Assembly: GCA_010909165.1 (NCBI GenBank)
Contig: MU008163.1
Location: 1,488,001-1,552,000, forward strand
Reading direction: 5' to 3'
Source of the DNA: Anthoceros angustus
Lineage: Eukaryota > Plantae > Anthocerotophyta
Length of the DNA stretch: 64,000 bases
The notes beneath the pieces are model-generated. The model was not told the origin of the DNA. It saw only the letters and a list, made by a program, of their open reading frames with translations, and made no database searches. Shown one piece after another: positions 12,584-23,205 of the stretch; the stretch's first letter is position 1, and each line of letters opens with the position of its first letter. The translations under genes were made by a program, and so were the position numbers.

Positions 12584-15500
12584 CTATATCAAAATGTTGC
12601 CAAGTCCCGTTCCGTTGCCCCAGGCTGGTCTGGAGCTCCCATCAACGGTGGAGTGGGTGTTGCCGGCAGCTGGGCGGTGACCCTCACCGCCGATCCGCGC
12701 GTGGCAATCCGGGCATCGCGAAGTTTGCATCGGCCCGCCACACTCGCCTACGACATAGATGTGGCCGCTGGGACACTGGTACCAGTGCCCTGGACCGCCA
12801 ATTTCTCGTGACACCACGGCCACGATTTCCTGAATTTGTCCCTTCCCAGCAGCCTCCTTCACGTTTCTCGCCTCCGGATTCCCTGGTTCCTCATCCAAAA
12901 CTGCTTCACATATTTGCGTTGCACGATCGAACTCCTTCATTTTCGTGAGCACCGATGCCAGCTGCACCATCGCCTTCAGCGCAATGGCCGTACTTGCTGC
13001 ACCATGATCACCGTTCACAGCCTCTGACGTTCAGAAAGCAGCATCTGGTGGAAAGGAGCAGTTGTTTGAACTTTGGAAATCACTGGAAGTACCTGTTGAT
13101 TGCGATCTCGCCGTGGAGTGGTCCATATTCCTGATGTAGTCCGAGTCGTCCTGGGATTTAGGAATAGCTGCTTTTGATGCACGGGAGATGGCAGGGTGAT
13201 GCTTGAATCGGCTTCTTGAAACCACGAAGTGCAAGTGGAACCAAGCTTTTGCGCATGCGGATTTGCCGGTTGCATAGGCACATCCAATGCCGTAGTGAGC
13301 CTCTTGCAGGCTAGGGTTGAATTTCAGTGCCTGCAGGTAGCAAGGTATGGCTTTGGCGACGTCCTGCCTGCTCAGGAATCCGTCCCCAGCTTGCAATGCT
13401 CGTAACCGTTAACTCTTCGTTTCACTGCCTCGATTTGCTGCAGTGTCTGTTTCACCACATTTGCATACCTGAGTGACCTCCTCACTGGGGTCCTGCACTC
13501 AGGGCTGCGCACAGAAACGATGTTTGGGACCTGATCGTGTACACGTGCATGAAGGTAGTATTGAAGATGGAATTTCAGTCAGGAACATGATGCTTACCAC
13601 TGTTTCAGTTTGATGGCGGTCGCTGATGAAGCCGCTGTGGAGTCGGAACTCAAGTCTGGAATGGAGTCATCCTGGTCCATCCACTGGTCAATCCCTGATA
13701 CCTCAAAGACGTGTTTACAGTCTTGAAGTTGCATGATCTTGTCCGTGTTTTCGAGCTCGTCCAGCCTCATTTGGGAGATGATGTCCAAGGTGTCTCCATC
13801 ACAGGTTTTGCACTTGCGTGGACATGGCTCTCCACACAACCCGCTGCACCGATGCTTGCATCTTGGCAGTTTCCTGTTGCAGCGACGGTTGCATCGTGGT
13901 CTGATGCATGGCTCATGGCAGAGCAGATCACAGTGGTGATGTCTGCATTTCCAGGCGCACTTTTCCATGCAGGGACGGCATTCTTCCCCACTTTAGTGAG
14001 CATTTGCTGTGCACACATCTCTTCTCACAAGGCGCCTGGCAAGGGGGGCACATCTCTGAGCATCCCGTGGGACAGGAATGACCGCAGGGAAGCAAGCGTC
14101 CACATGGTTTGCGACAAGGGACGTGACAAGAACCTTGTTTGCACTCTCCACAAGTACCTGCAGCAGGAAGCCCGTTCTGAAAGGTGAGAATGGTGGTCTC
14201 TGGGCAGAATGGGAAGAACAGGGAATTCGGCTTACCTTGACATTCATGGTTGCAGCCTTCCAATATAGCTGTGCAACGAGTTTGGCATACAACTTTGCTC
14301 AGATCTTCGTGGCATTGATGTTTTTGCATATGGCCACAGGGAAGTCTGCTCTTCACCTGCTTGAGGCATTTTTCACGGCATGGCTGACCACACAAGTTCG
14401 GGCAGCTGTGACCACAGCTAAGCTGTTTTGGGCACGGGTCTCTGCACGTAAGCTGGTCCAGGGGTTCTGAGCATTCCACCACTCGTTCATGACCACATGC
14501 AGAGAGGGTCCTTCTCATCAGAACTGGACATGGAGGACAGTCTGCTCCCGCATGGCAAATCTTCGCACACTTATGCTCACAGGTTGCATGTTGCCTGGAG
14601 CACCGCTTGGGGCATACAATGTGGTCATGACCACCAGGATGGCACCGTCGAGGGCAAACATGGCCGCATTCTATCTGGAAGGTGCAGGGCCTGCTACAAC
14701 CCCCGTCCCTTACCTGAGCATAATCTGAAGCCCGTGCCACCTTGGTCATCTTCCCTGGGTGATTCGGGCAACACAGGCACAAGTGAGGACCGACAAGACC
14801 AGATTGGGAGAGCCTTCCGATCACTGTCCTCCAGACTTCACTCTTTTCAGATAGGAGCTCTGCATTTCCGAACAAGTACAAACCAATTCGAGCTCTGGAT
14901 ATGGCAACACATACTCTGTTGGATACGCTCAGGAACCCGATCTTGCCAGGGCCATCTTTATCCTCCAAGTGGTTGCTGCGGACCAAAGAAAGAAGAATTA
15001 TGTCACTCTCTTCCCCTGAAATCATCAACGCTGCTGACTCTGGGAACTCGCTCGGAGGCTTGACTTTGCTCTTCTTCCTCTTCTTGCTCATCAAGGCCTG
15101 GTGCAACAATCTTTGCTGGCCACCTAGCTTGAATACGTGGAGTCAAGAGAGTTCTAATCTCTTGTACCTACAGACACATCTCCAAGCATTAGACAACGTA
15201 TCAACTGTCATTACTGTACCTGGACCCCAAATGCTCCGAGGTTTGAGGTTAGCAGTCTTTCACCTGGCCGGAATACATACTCAAAATCGTAATGTCTGAA
15301 GCAGAGTAAGTGCCCTGGTTGAGAAGATACAGACAAAACTCCACAACAATCCTGGCTTCCTCTCTGTTCACCTTGGAACCTGTTCCTGATTCTCTGCTGG
15401 AACTCTCCTCTTCTTTGTGATCGAGAAAGAAAACGTTGTCTCTCACACCTTGAACATCTGGATACTGGGTCACACTGGTGTGGTCCCTGAGATGGGGATA

Positions 15501-18500
15501 GAGGGGCATTATGAGGTTTGAGATACTAGGTCTCATTCGTCTTTGCACATCCAAAGATCTGTACTCTACTCCGCTCGTGACAAGCCTTTCGAACATGGAT
15601 ACATCAAGCTTGTTTTAACTGCCAACCTGTGGACTGCGACAGATGGACGTAGTTGTTGATGATCTCCTATCAGTATGAGATGCCTTGTATGAGGGCTCAC
15701 ACTTGCAAGGATGTGACTTTCCAGGACCTCAGCAGCTTCCTCGACTATCACTATCTCCGACTTCAGTGACACCAGCATGTCATGGTATCGGAAGCTGCAG
15801 TGGTGGTCATGCCCACCACGTTCGCTTGTCGCAGTAGGGATAATTGGATTTCTTTCTCCACCTCCAGGCTGTTGCTGCATGCCTCTTCATACTCCTTGGA
15901 AAGTTTGTCGATATGTTCCTTAGCAGCAGTCTTCATAGCTCCGAGCCAAAGTTCGTGCAACTGCACTCGCAGTGTCCGAGGCAGTGCCCATACATCTGTG
16001 AAGTGGATGAAGTCATCCAAACCCAGTTGTTGGCGTTCTTGCTCAATCAAATGCTGCAGTATACTGTCTTCTGAGCGTGAACCATCTTCAGTTTTCTGTT
16101 CTTCTTCTGCATCAGACGAATCCATTTGCTGGAGAGTAGTTGCTTCATCATCTTCATCCGGCTCAAGGTGTGCGACGGTGTTCGGTTCAGGCGTTTCTTC
16201 CCTGTCCTCATCCTGCTCGTCAACTTGGTATTCAAATTCTGATGCGATTGATTCTGCATCAGCTGGATCCATTCGCTGGATGGTTGCTTCATCATCTGTA
16301 TCCGGCTCAAGGTGTCCGAGGGTGTCATATCGGTTTTCAAGGATCAAGCCAGTCAGCTGTGTTTGGTCATTCATAGGTACCCTTGCGTTCTTACGGTTGC
16401 CCTTCTGAAATCTCTAGGTGCCCCAGACAGCCAAATGTGGACGATGTCTGTGTCATTGAGGTTTCCTCTATTCTGCAAACCAGCAACGACTCTATGTGCT
16501 GTGGAGCAGCGACTTCCTGTAGTGCGGTTCGATCAACAAGCATCTGCAAAAGTAAAGCATTGATTAGTACAACGCATAATACTGAGAGGCCGAACAGCAT
16601 TACGAACTCGCACCTTGTTCAGGAGCGGAACGTATTTCCGTCAATCTGATTTTGTAATGCTACTGTTGCGGTCTTTGCCTCCATAGAAGCCCGATGATGG
16701 CTGCCGTTAACATTCTTGGAGTCTCGTTGTTCAGATACAAGTTTAGCCAAACTCTGGGACTTTAGAACTTCATGCTTGCTCCGCCCTCCTATGCGAATTA
16801 AGCTGTTCTCAAACTCATGGATTCCCATCAGAAACTGGTCAAGGGCGTGATTGGTGTAGCACACCACCATAATAGGTCCACGGACATCCTCCTGATGGAG
16901 ACTGCTTCCGACTGGGCCATGGCATAGCTGGTGAGACTACTCTTCTGCTTCTTCAGATTCTCTAGCAGAATCCTGACAAGTAGCAACCCACAAACGTCTT
17001 CCCTGTCCCAGGAGGGCCTTGTATGATGGCTAGCTCCTTCGTGAGGCCGTGCTTCAGAGCCTCTCTCTGGCTGTAATCTAGAGCACATCCCTTCCACTCA
17101 GGCCAGGTTGATAGTATGTCGAAGGAATCTCTTCCAACTTCTGTCATCAACTCAGGGAAGGCCGATGCTAAACTGAACTCACCGTTCTTAGGCCTACTTG
17201 CCAGATAGCTTGGTGGCCCTACCTTGGGCTCCAAATCGATTAAGTGCTTGGTGAAAACTAGCTGCCTGCACATCTCCTCTCGTTGCAAGCTTTTGAGAAC
17301 ATGCGCGTATGCTTCAAAATAGGCAGAAGTTGACTCCACCATGACAAAACGCTGGCCTGGTTCGAACCAACGGCAGCAAGCTGATTCGCTCCTTGCCGAG
17401 GCTTCCGGTGATGTTGGTAGCTTTGGGATAGTGTCCTTAAAGAGGCGGATGAGCAATGTTCCCTTAGTAAGATCATCCACCGAACGCCCCGCCACCACAC
17501 CCCAGAAATGTGACGCAAATTTGTCGTCGGAGAAACATAGTAGGAGCCAAACATCAACCGTTTGGCTCTGTCCCACTTAATTTGTCTCCCATCAGGAACC
17601 TTGAAGTGGACCTGAAGAGAATGAACACCAAAGTGGAAACGTTGCAGTGTGTGAATTCACTCTTGAAAGCGACGGAACAATCTCGACTATGTTGAGATGC
17701 AGCTGCATCAATATCGTACCTCGTACTGTATGCCTTCTCGACCGAATCGGACTCCAGGCCGAAAGCGAACATCCACGTAAATGCTCAGCTCCTGAGTACT
17801 GTTGTCAGCTCTCTGGCCTGCGTGGTGATTCTTATACTCGTTTATGCCTCGTCTCAAAGGCTCAATGTAATCCTCTCTCAGGAGCTGGAATTGTGTCTCG
17901 AGATACTCCACAACCGAGGTATAGCGTCTGCCAATCTGATTGATTGGTAGAGGTCTGAAACAATGTCGGATGTTTCCATTTCAGCGTCGGTGGGCAGAAT
18001 TGGAATCGCCCTAAACTCCTCTCCCTACATGAGATGAGGCAGAGCAATGGATGAATCAACAGTCTGCTCACAATTTCACGACGGCAATCAAAGGGAAGAG
18101 AATTGCACTTGCTACCTGCAGGCATTTGTTTGAACATGAAACTGCCCTCAAACGCTTCAATTTCGCCCTCTGCTCCAACAATCGCGTCACATCTGCTAGG
18201 AGAGCATCCAGTTGGGGATCTCGCTGTGAAACATTTCCACCCTCGTCATTCGCTTCCACCAGCTCATCAACCACCGTCTTAATCGCATCAAGAGGAACTT
18301 CCTTCCAACCGTCCGCTGTCCGGGTCTGTATCTCCTCCACAAGTTGGACACATGCGTGTAACTGTCTCGGCCTTGGATTGCACAAGCCTTGAATGTGAGA
18401 CCAAAACTGCATCATAAACGGCGATCCTAGCAGAATCCCATACATCCGATTCGTCTTGTGCCTCATCATGGAGCTCCGTATCTCCTCTTTCGTGAACAGC

Positions 18501-19205
18501 TCCACAATCTTTGTGACCACAGCTTCCGTCAGATCTCTTCTTTCGAGAACACTCACTAGATTCTTAAAACTGGGACTTCCTTCCGTGCCCAGCACTTCGA
18601 TGTTGGTGGCCTGACTGCTCTATTTGGTTCTGAAGCCAGTAACGCAGCTGGGTCGAAGACAGAGCTGAAACATCTTGAACAAGTCCAGCTCAGGCCACAA
18701 CATCTGGCTTCAACCCTGCCAGCCATAAATGTGACTAATAATATTTCTCTCCAAGATAAGCACGAAATCAAACATGCAAACTGAAATTCGTCGAAGACGA
18801 AAGAAGTCACAATTGCAGCTCACCTCGGCTCCTCGATCTCTAGGTGCAGCCCGACTCGACCCACCTTCATCCTCCAGGACATGCCGGTATTTACAACCCG
18901 CACCGTATCTGCATCCCCTGAGTTGGAAATGCTTGCAAGGCACATTGTTGGTTCTGGTGTTACTCCCCATAGTTGTGCTATTACTCCCCATGGTCGCTCT
19001 GTGATTCCTCACGTGTACAGTCGACGTGCTGCTGCTTGATTCATGACATTGTCTCCTCCAAGGGCCCGGCATTTCGCTTTTCCCAGGCTCCAGGTCCCGG
19101 GTGTGAGTTGCACTGTTGCTCGCCGCAGCTGTGCTGTTTGCTGTGGCAGTTTGTGTATGCCGCCTCAAGGCAGAATTGCGCTTTTCCCGTCTCCGACTTC
19201 TCCAT
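12584..19205 (-). CDS. ZNFX1: NFX1-type zinc finger-containing protein 1-like (ZNFX1/Hrr1 family) SF1 RNA helicase with N-terminal CCCH finger, NF-X1 Cys-rich repeats, TPR-like repeats and C-terminal RZ finger; spliced, with apparent frameshifts
   Basis: [19 protein letters not shown]; [21 protein letters not shown]; [11 protein letters not shown] (Walker A); [13 protein letters not shown]; [12 protein letters not shown]; [10 protein letters not shown]; [15 protein letters not shown]; [13 protein letters not shown]; [11 protein letters not shown]; Cys/His-rich tract; CRTPV..RYANVVK; [23 protein letters not shown]; [41 protein letters not shown] introns seen near the N-terminus and before the TPRs. 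The start codon is a best guess. Confidence 0.9.
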
Positions 19206-19819
19206 GTCAGAAAACGTTTCCCCAGCGTCCCTCTGCCGAATGCGAATGCTTGCTGTGCGTCAGGCAAATGTGAGGCGAACAAATTCGAGAGGTCTACTTG
19301 CACTCTTCGGCACCAACAGATTACGCTCCTCCCTACTCTCCACTTGGGAGGACAGGCCGTCAGCCTGTGCCGTAATATTTAAGTGGAGGATGCTTCTGGA
19401 GGGTCCAAGACCGGTCAAATCTCCAGGACAACTTAAGTGACGGCGTAACACGACTCAAGAGTTACGATCACGACTCCTCCAACCGATCTCTCTCTCACCT
19501 CTCTCCCCGACGCTTGCCACGCTCGGACGTTGAGACACCGGGATGGACGGAATACCAAACGCACGGAACGTCTGCGAGGCTGATAAGCACCGCAAGGCTC
19601 TTGGTTTCTAACCGGGAGAGCTCGTGAATGACAGATTAAACAAATTAACTGACACTTCATCCAAGACCCAATCCTCCGCGCGGCAGCAGGGGCAGGGGCA
19701 GGGACATCGGCCGCCGGGGATGGCACACAAGGGCAGGCGCGCGGTTGACGAGGGATGGATGTCCGTCCAAAAACCGGACGAGCTTGTCCTCCTGCTCCGT
19801 GATGACGTGGCCTTACAGG

Positions 19820-19935
19820 CTGTGGCTGCCCTACACACACAACCAAGAGCTGTGGCCTACACACACACAACCAAGAGCTGTGGCCCTACACACACAACCA
19901 AGAGTTGTGGCCCTACACACACAACCAAGAGCTGT
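19820..19935 (+). repeat. ~27 bp tandem repeat x4 (gctgtggccctacacacacaaccaaga)
   Basis: Directly visible. It reads as (A)LHTQPRAV repeats in one frame. Confidence 0.9.
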
Positions 19936-20039
19936 TGTACGATCGCTGAGGAAGCACGTCGGTACCAATCACCAGGGGATGGCCAGAAGGCCGAGATAGT
20001 GGGTTGAGGGACCAAGCACTTGCTTGCTCCTGTATGGAT

Positions 20040-20430
20040 TGCCATTGCATACTAAATAGAAAAATAACATATAGGGTGACTAAGGCATCCTTTCACATGC
20101 CTATGTTAGGGCTACTGCCTTGCAACTTGTAAAAGTCCACATTTCCCCATAGTTGGCACACAGTCCCCTTGATGCCTGACTTCGTATGCTTGAGCATTCA
20201 TGGCTTGTCCAAACTCCAAGAAGCGCGAAAGAAACCCTGCCCCAACACTTGGCACACCCTGGTCTAAGGCTTATCTAGATCCTCATCCCCATAATGCACA
20301 CTACCTATATTCAGAGAAAGCTACGAGATTCTCGGGAGGGTTCTATGCGGGTGGGGTACACACAGCCGGCGCACTCCCATTTACCAACCTCCTTCCATGC
20401 AGCTCCCTGTCACGCGGTTGTCTGCCTTCC
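20040..20430. repeat. Dispersed repeat homologous (inverted) to 53280-53720
   Basis: Shared core gcgcgaaagaa..ccttgccccaacac.tggcacacc...ctcgggagggttctatg...gccggcgcactcccatt..ccaacctccttcca. Confidence 0.75.
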
Positions 20431-20739
20431 AATCTTCCCTCCACTGCCTCGCCTGCCCATTACCACTCCTAGTCGGCTATCACCCCTTGCCCACTCCCGG
20501 GCACCAGCTTGTTGTCCAGCTTATTGACGGAGTAATGGGACCAAGTGGGCAAGATCCCATCAAAGAGATGTTTGACATCTCTTTGATCTGATCTTGCCCA
20601 AATGATGGGACATGTTGGATAGCTAAATCGAACGGATGGATAACTCACCAAATGTTATCATCTCCTTCCTTATCCCTTGAAATCCGGCTTCCAAGCGCCC
20701 CAAAAGTATTTTACTCTTCTTTCTCCCTTGGCTGATTGG

Positions 20740-20990
20740 CCTTAAACAACCAAACTCCCTTGTGGAGACCTCATTCCTCTTCTTGGACTTGGGCTTCTTC
20801 TTCTTCTTGGCCTCAAGCCTTGGGACTTGGGCCTCTTCTTGTGCCTTGGGTCCTTTCTTTTGGCCTCAAGCGTTGGGACTTAAGCCTCTCCTTTGGCCTT
20901 AGGCCCCTCTCTAAGCCTCAAGCCTTGGGACTTGGGCCTCTCCTTTAGCCTTGGTCCCCTTTTGTCTTGGCCTCTAGCATTGGGCACACT
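20740..20990. repeat. Degenerate tandem repeats containing cttgggacttgggcctc
   Basis: The motif recurs at ~20820, 20875 and 20925. Possibly a retroelement relic. Confidence 0.55.
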
Positions 20991-21044
20991 CTTCAAGCTC
21001 CACTTTGCTTTAGAGCTGTCCCTTGCCTACTTGCCTAATGAGCT

Positions 21045-21230
21045 AAGCATAGCCTAGCATCACCTTAGCAAGCCTAGCATCACCTTAGCAAGCCTAGCAT
21101 CTCCTTAGCAAGCCTAGCATACTTAGCACACTAAGCCTAGCAACTAGCATCGCCCAGCACACTTAGCACACTTAGCACACTAGCACACCTAACAAGCCTA
21201 GCACAATAAGTCTTGCATGGCCTAGCATCA
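21045..21230. repeat. Minisatellite: 20 bp unit agcctagcatcaccttagca x~3.5, decaying to ~9-10 bp ttagcacac units
   Basis: Directly visible, next to the distal end of the CRE-like fragment. Confidence 0.9.
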
Positions 21231-21255
21231 GCCGCAGATACCTAGTTCCCCCGAA

Positions 21256-21970
21256 TCAAAAACAAATCAGCACGGAGAGAAACCCCATTGAGGAGGGTAT
21301 AAGGGCGCTCTCTGTACAAAAGAACCTACTCTCCTTAACCACTGAGAACATAACGTCAATGCGTTGTGCACCAGCGGGGCAACGAGGTAGGTAGGTCCCA
21401 AAGGCGTCAAGGGGGGCCCCACAGCTGCATGTCGGGAGAGAGGAGATCAATGGTTGGACCAACCCCAGACGGAAATGCATCATAGTGGAAAAAGTTGCAA
21501 ATGCGATGCGGAACGCCTTGATGAAGGGTCGTGCTAGGAGCCAGGAACCTGCGCCCTTCCGCGAGCAAGAGCGAAGGCAGGCTCGAGAGGGCCGTGGAAT
21601 AGAGGAATCTTAGAGAAGGGCCATCTGTGCCTGCGCATAATGCTTCTCCAGGAGGGAGGCTTGGAGGTCGCGAAGCCCAACCTTGGGGAGTGAGGAGAAA
21701 AGAAGCATGGCGGCCCTAGCCTTGTAGGAAAGAAATCCCTACCAAGCCATGAGGAAACACCAAGAAGAGCCTTCCTCAACGCCAGCAACCGACCTCTAAG
21801 ATGTGAGCATCCCAGATCAAGAAACGGGAGGCTAAGATGGGGGCAAAGAGAGCCCAGCTCCCAAGGAAAATCGTCGGCGTATAGACCGCCGTGGCCAGGA
21901 GCTCGGTGCCACCAAAAGCAACAGGGAAGGAGGTAGGGATGCCTACCGCCTCGCTAGATCCCCAACGCCA
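21256..21970 (-). mobile_element. CRE-like non-LTR retrotransposon fragment (post-RT region and CCHC-like finger)
   Basis: Minus-strand pieces: FLGSWALFAP; RKGAGSWLLARPF; MHFRLGL..LPTCSCGAPLDAFGTYLPRCPAGAQR. The order is typical of RLE-type elements. Confidence 0.65.
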
Positions 21971-21984
21971 CTATATATATATAT

Positions 21985-23150
21985 ATCTTTGGTGGGAGGA
22001 TGTGCAAGTTGATGTGTTTACATAACCATGATTGTGCAATCCAATACTAGTTTAAGACAGCCTCATCTCAATATAATTCATGAATATTAAGTGAATGATT
22101 ATGAACCTACTTCACAAATTGCAACTAAGTTTATGAAAATATTAGTATTGATAAAGATATGGGGGAGATTGGTGCTTCTCTAGCTTAGGTCTCGATGACC
22201 ATAGCTCAGTTATGAGCTAATAATTTAGAGTTTCACTTTATAGCAAGTGCGAATCCCAATATATAGAAAAAGAAATAAATTCACATGGAAAAAAAATGAT
22301 CATGAATTGACATAATGATAAGTGTATAATATCTTCATGTATATGTACAAAAATATTATGCGTGATAGCATTATTTTATTCCTTTTTTTCTTTAAATCAT
22401 GTTTACGGATGGTTCTTCATGTATCCATATATGGGTGAAGATAGACGTCATTCAAAAAGAAAACTATTATGTATATTTTATCTATGGCAGCTAGGTAGAC
22501 AAGTAAGAAGAATGTGGGTACTAAGTAGATATTTTGCATGTACTGGAAGATTCTTGGAAGACCAAGAGTTTGGTCTGATTGAAAGAGAAGATAAGAAGTC
22601 ATGAAAGACGCCTTCTCTAGGTTAGGAACTAGAAATCGCTCACCTACAAATTTATCATTATCTCATTCCCACCCGTTGTTCATAGTCGCTTTTCGACTGA
22701 TTGTCCATTGTCTCTTTTAATCTATTTGTCCGCTCCTAATAGGTGTTACATGCATGTGAAAGAAATTATGGTTACTTTCTATGTATGCATATCTTTTACG
22801 AGTTGAAGAATGAGAAAACATAGTACGTTTGGCCCGATAAATTGAAGATCGAGAAGGCATAGAAGAATTTGAGGATGAAGTGAAGATTGGCAAAGTATGG
22901 TACATTGTGTATGAGCTGAAGATTGACAAGGCATGGTACATCTTGGGTGAGCCGAAGATCTTAAGATGTATAGAATGAGCCAATGATTGGGAAGATATTT
23001 CCACATTTGAAACGAGGTGAAGATAGGAGGAATAAATCCAATTACGAGCTCATTATATTGGAGCTTTGAGCGGAGGTGCTACACAGTTACATAGGAGTAA
23101 ATGATACATTGGCTACTTAGATCATTCACGCCTTGTATGCACGTATAAGA
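21985..23150 (+). repeat. AT-rich decayed coding-like repeat family (other pieces at 300-1700, 9892-10060, 26110-26380, 43740-43990, 44480-44530)
   Basis: Direct and inverted nucleotide matches among these sites. One plus frame reads protein-like but has frequent stops. Confidence 0.65.
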
Positions 23151-23205
23151 GAGAGCCTGAAGATTTTAGCGGATACAATATACTATTATTATTTGCAACA
23201 ATACA

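Larger units (their letters stand above)
3114..19735. repeat. Large inverted duplication: arms ~3114-9891 and ~12904-19735
   Basis: The ORF track gives the same peptides on opposite strands (e.g. 4936-5139 + and 17708-17911 -; 7236-7583 + and 15249-15596 -). Differences are mostly 1-3 nt indels. Confidence 0.95.

Noticed and set aside
3642-19205. Treating the ZNFX1 frameshifts as true pseudogenisation or programmed frameshifting
   Set aside because: They differ between copies and cluster at homopolymers, as expected for unpolished long-read errors.
22280-22560. Ulp1-protease-like (FIP..H..ECGY) or RNase H-like (FTDGS) motifs in the AT-rich fossil
   Set aside because: Motif spacing does not fit either family convincingly; left unassigned.
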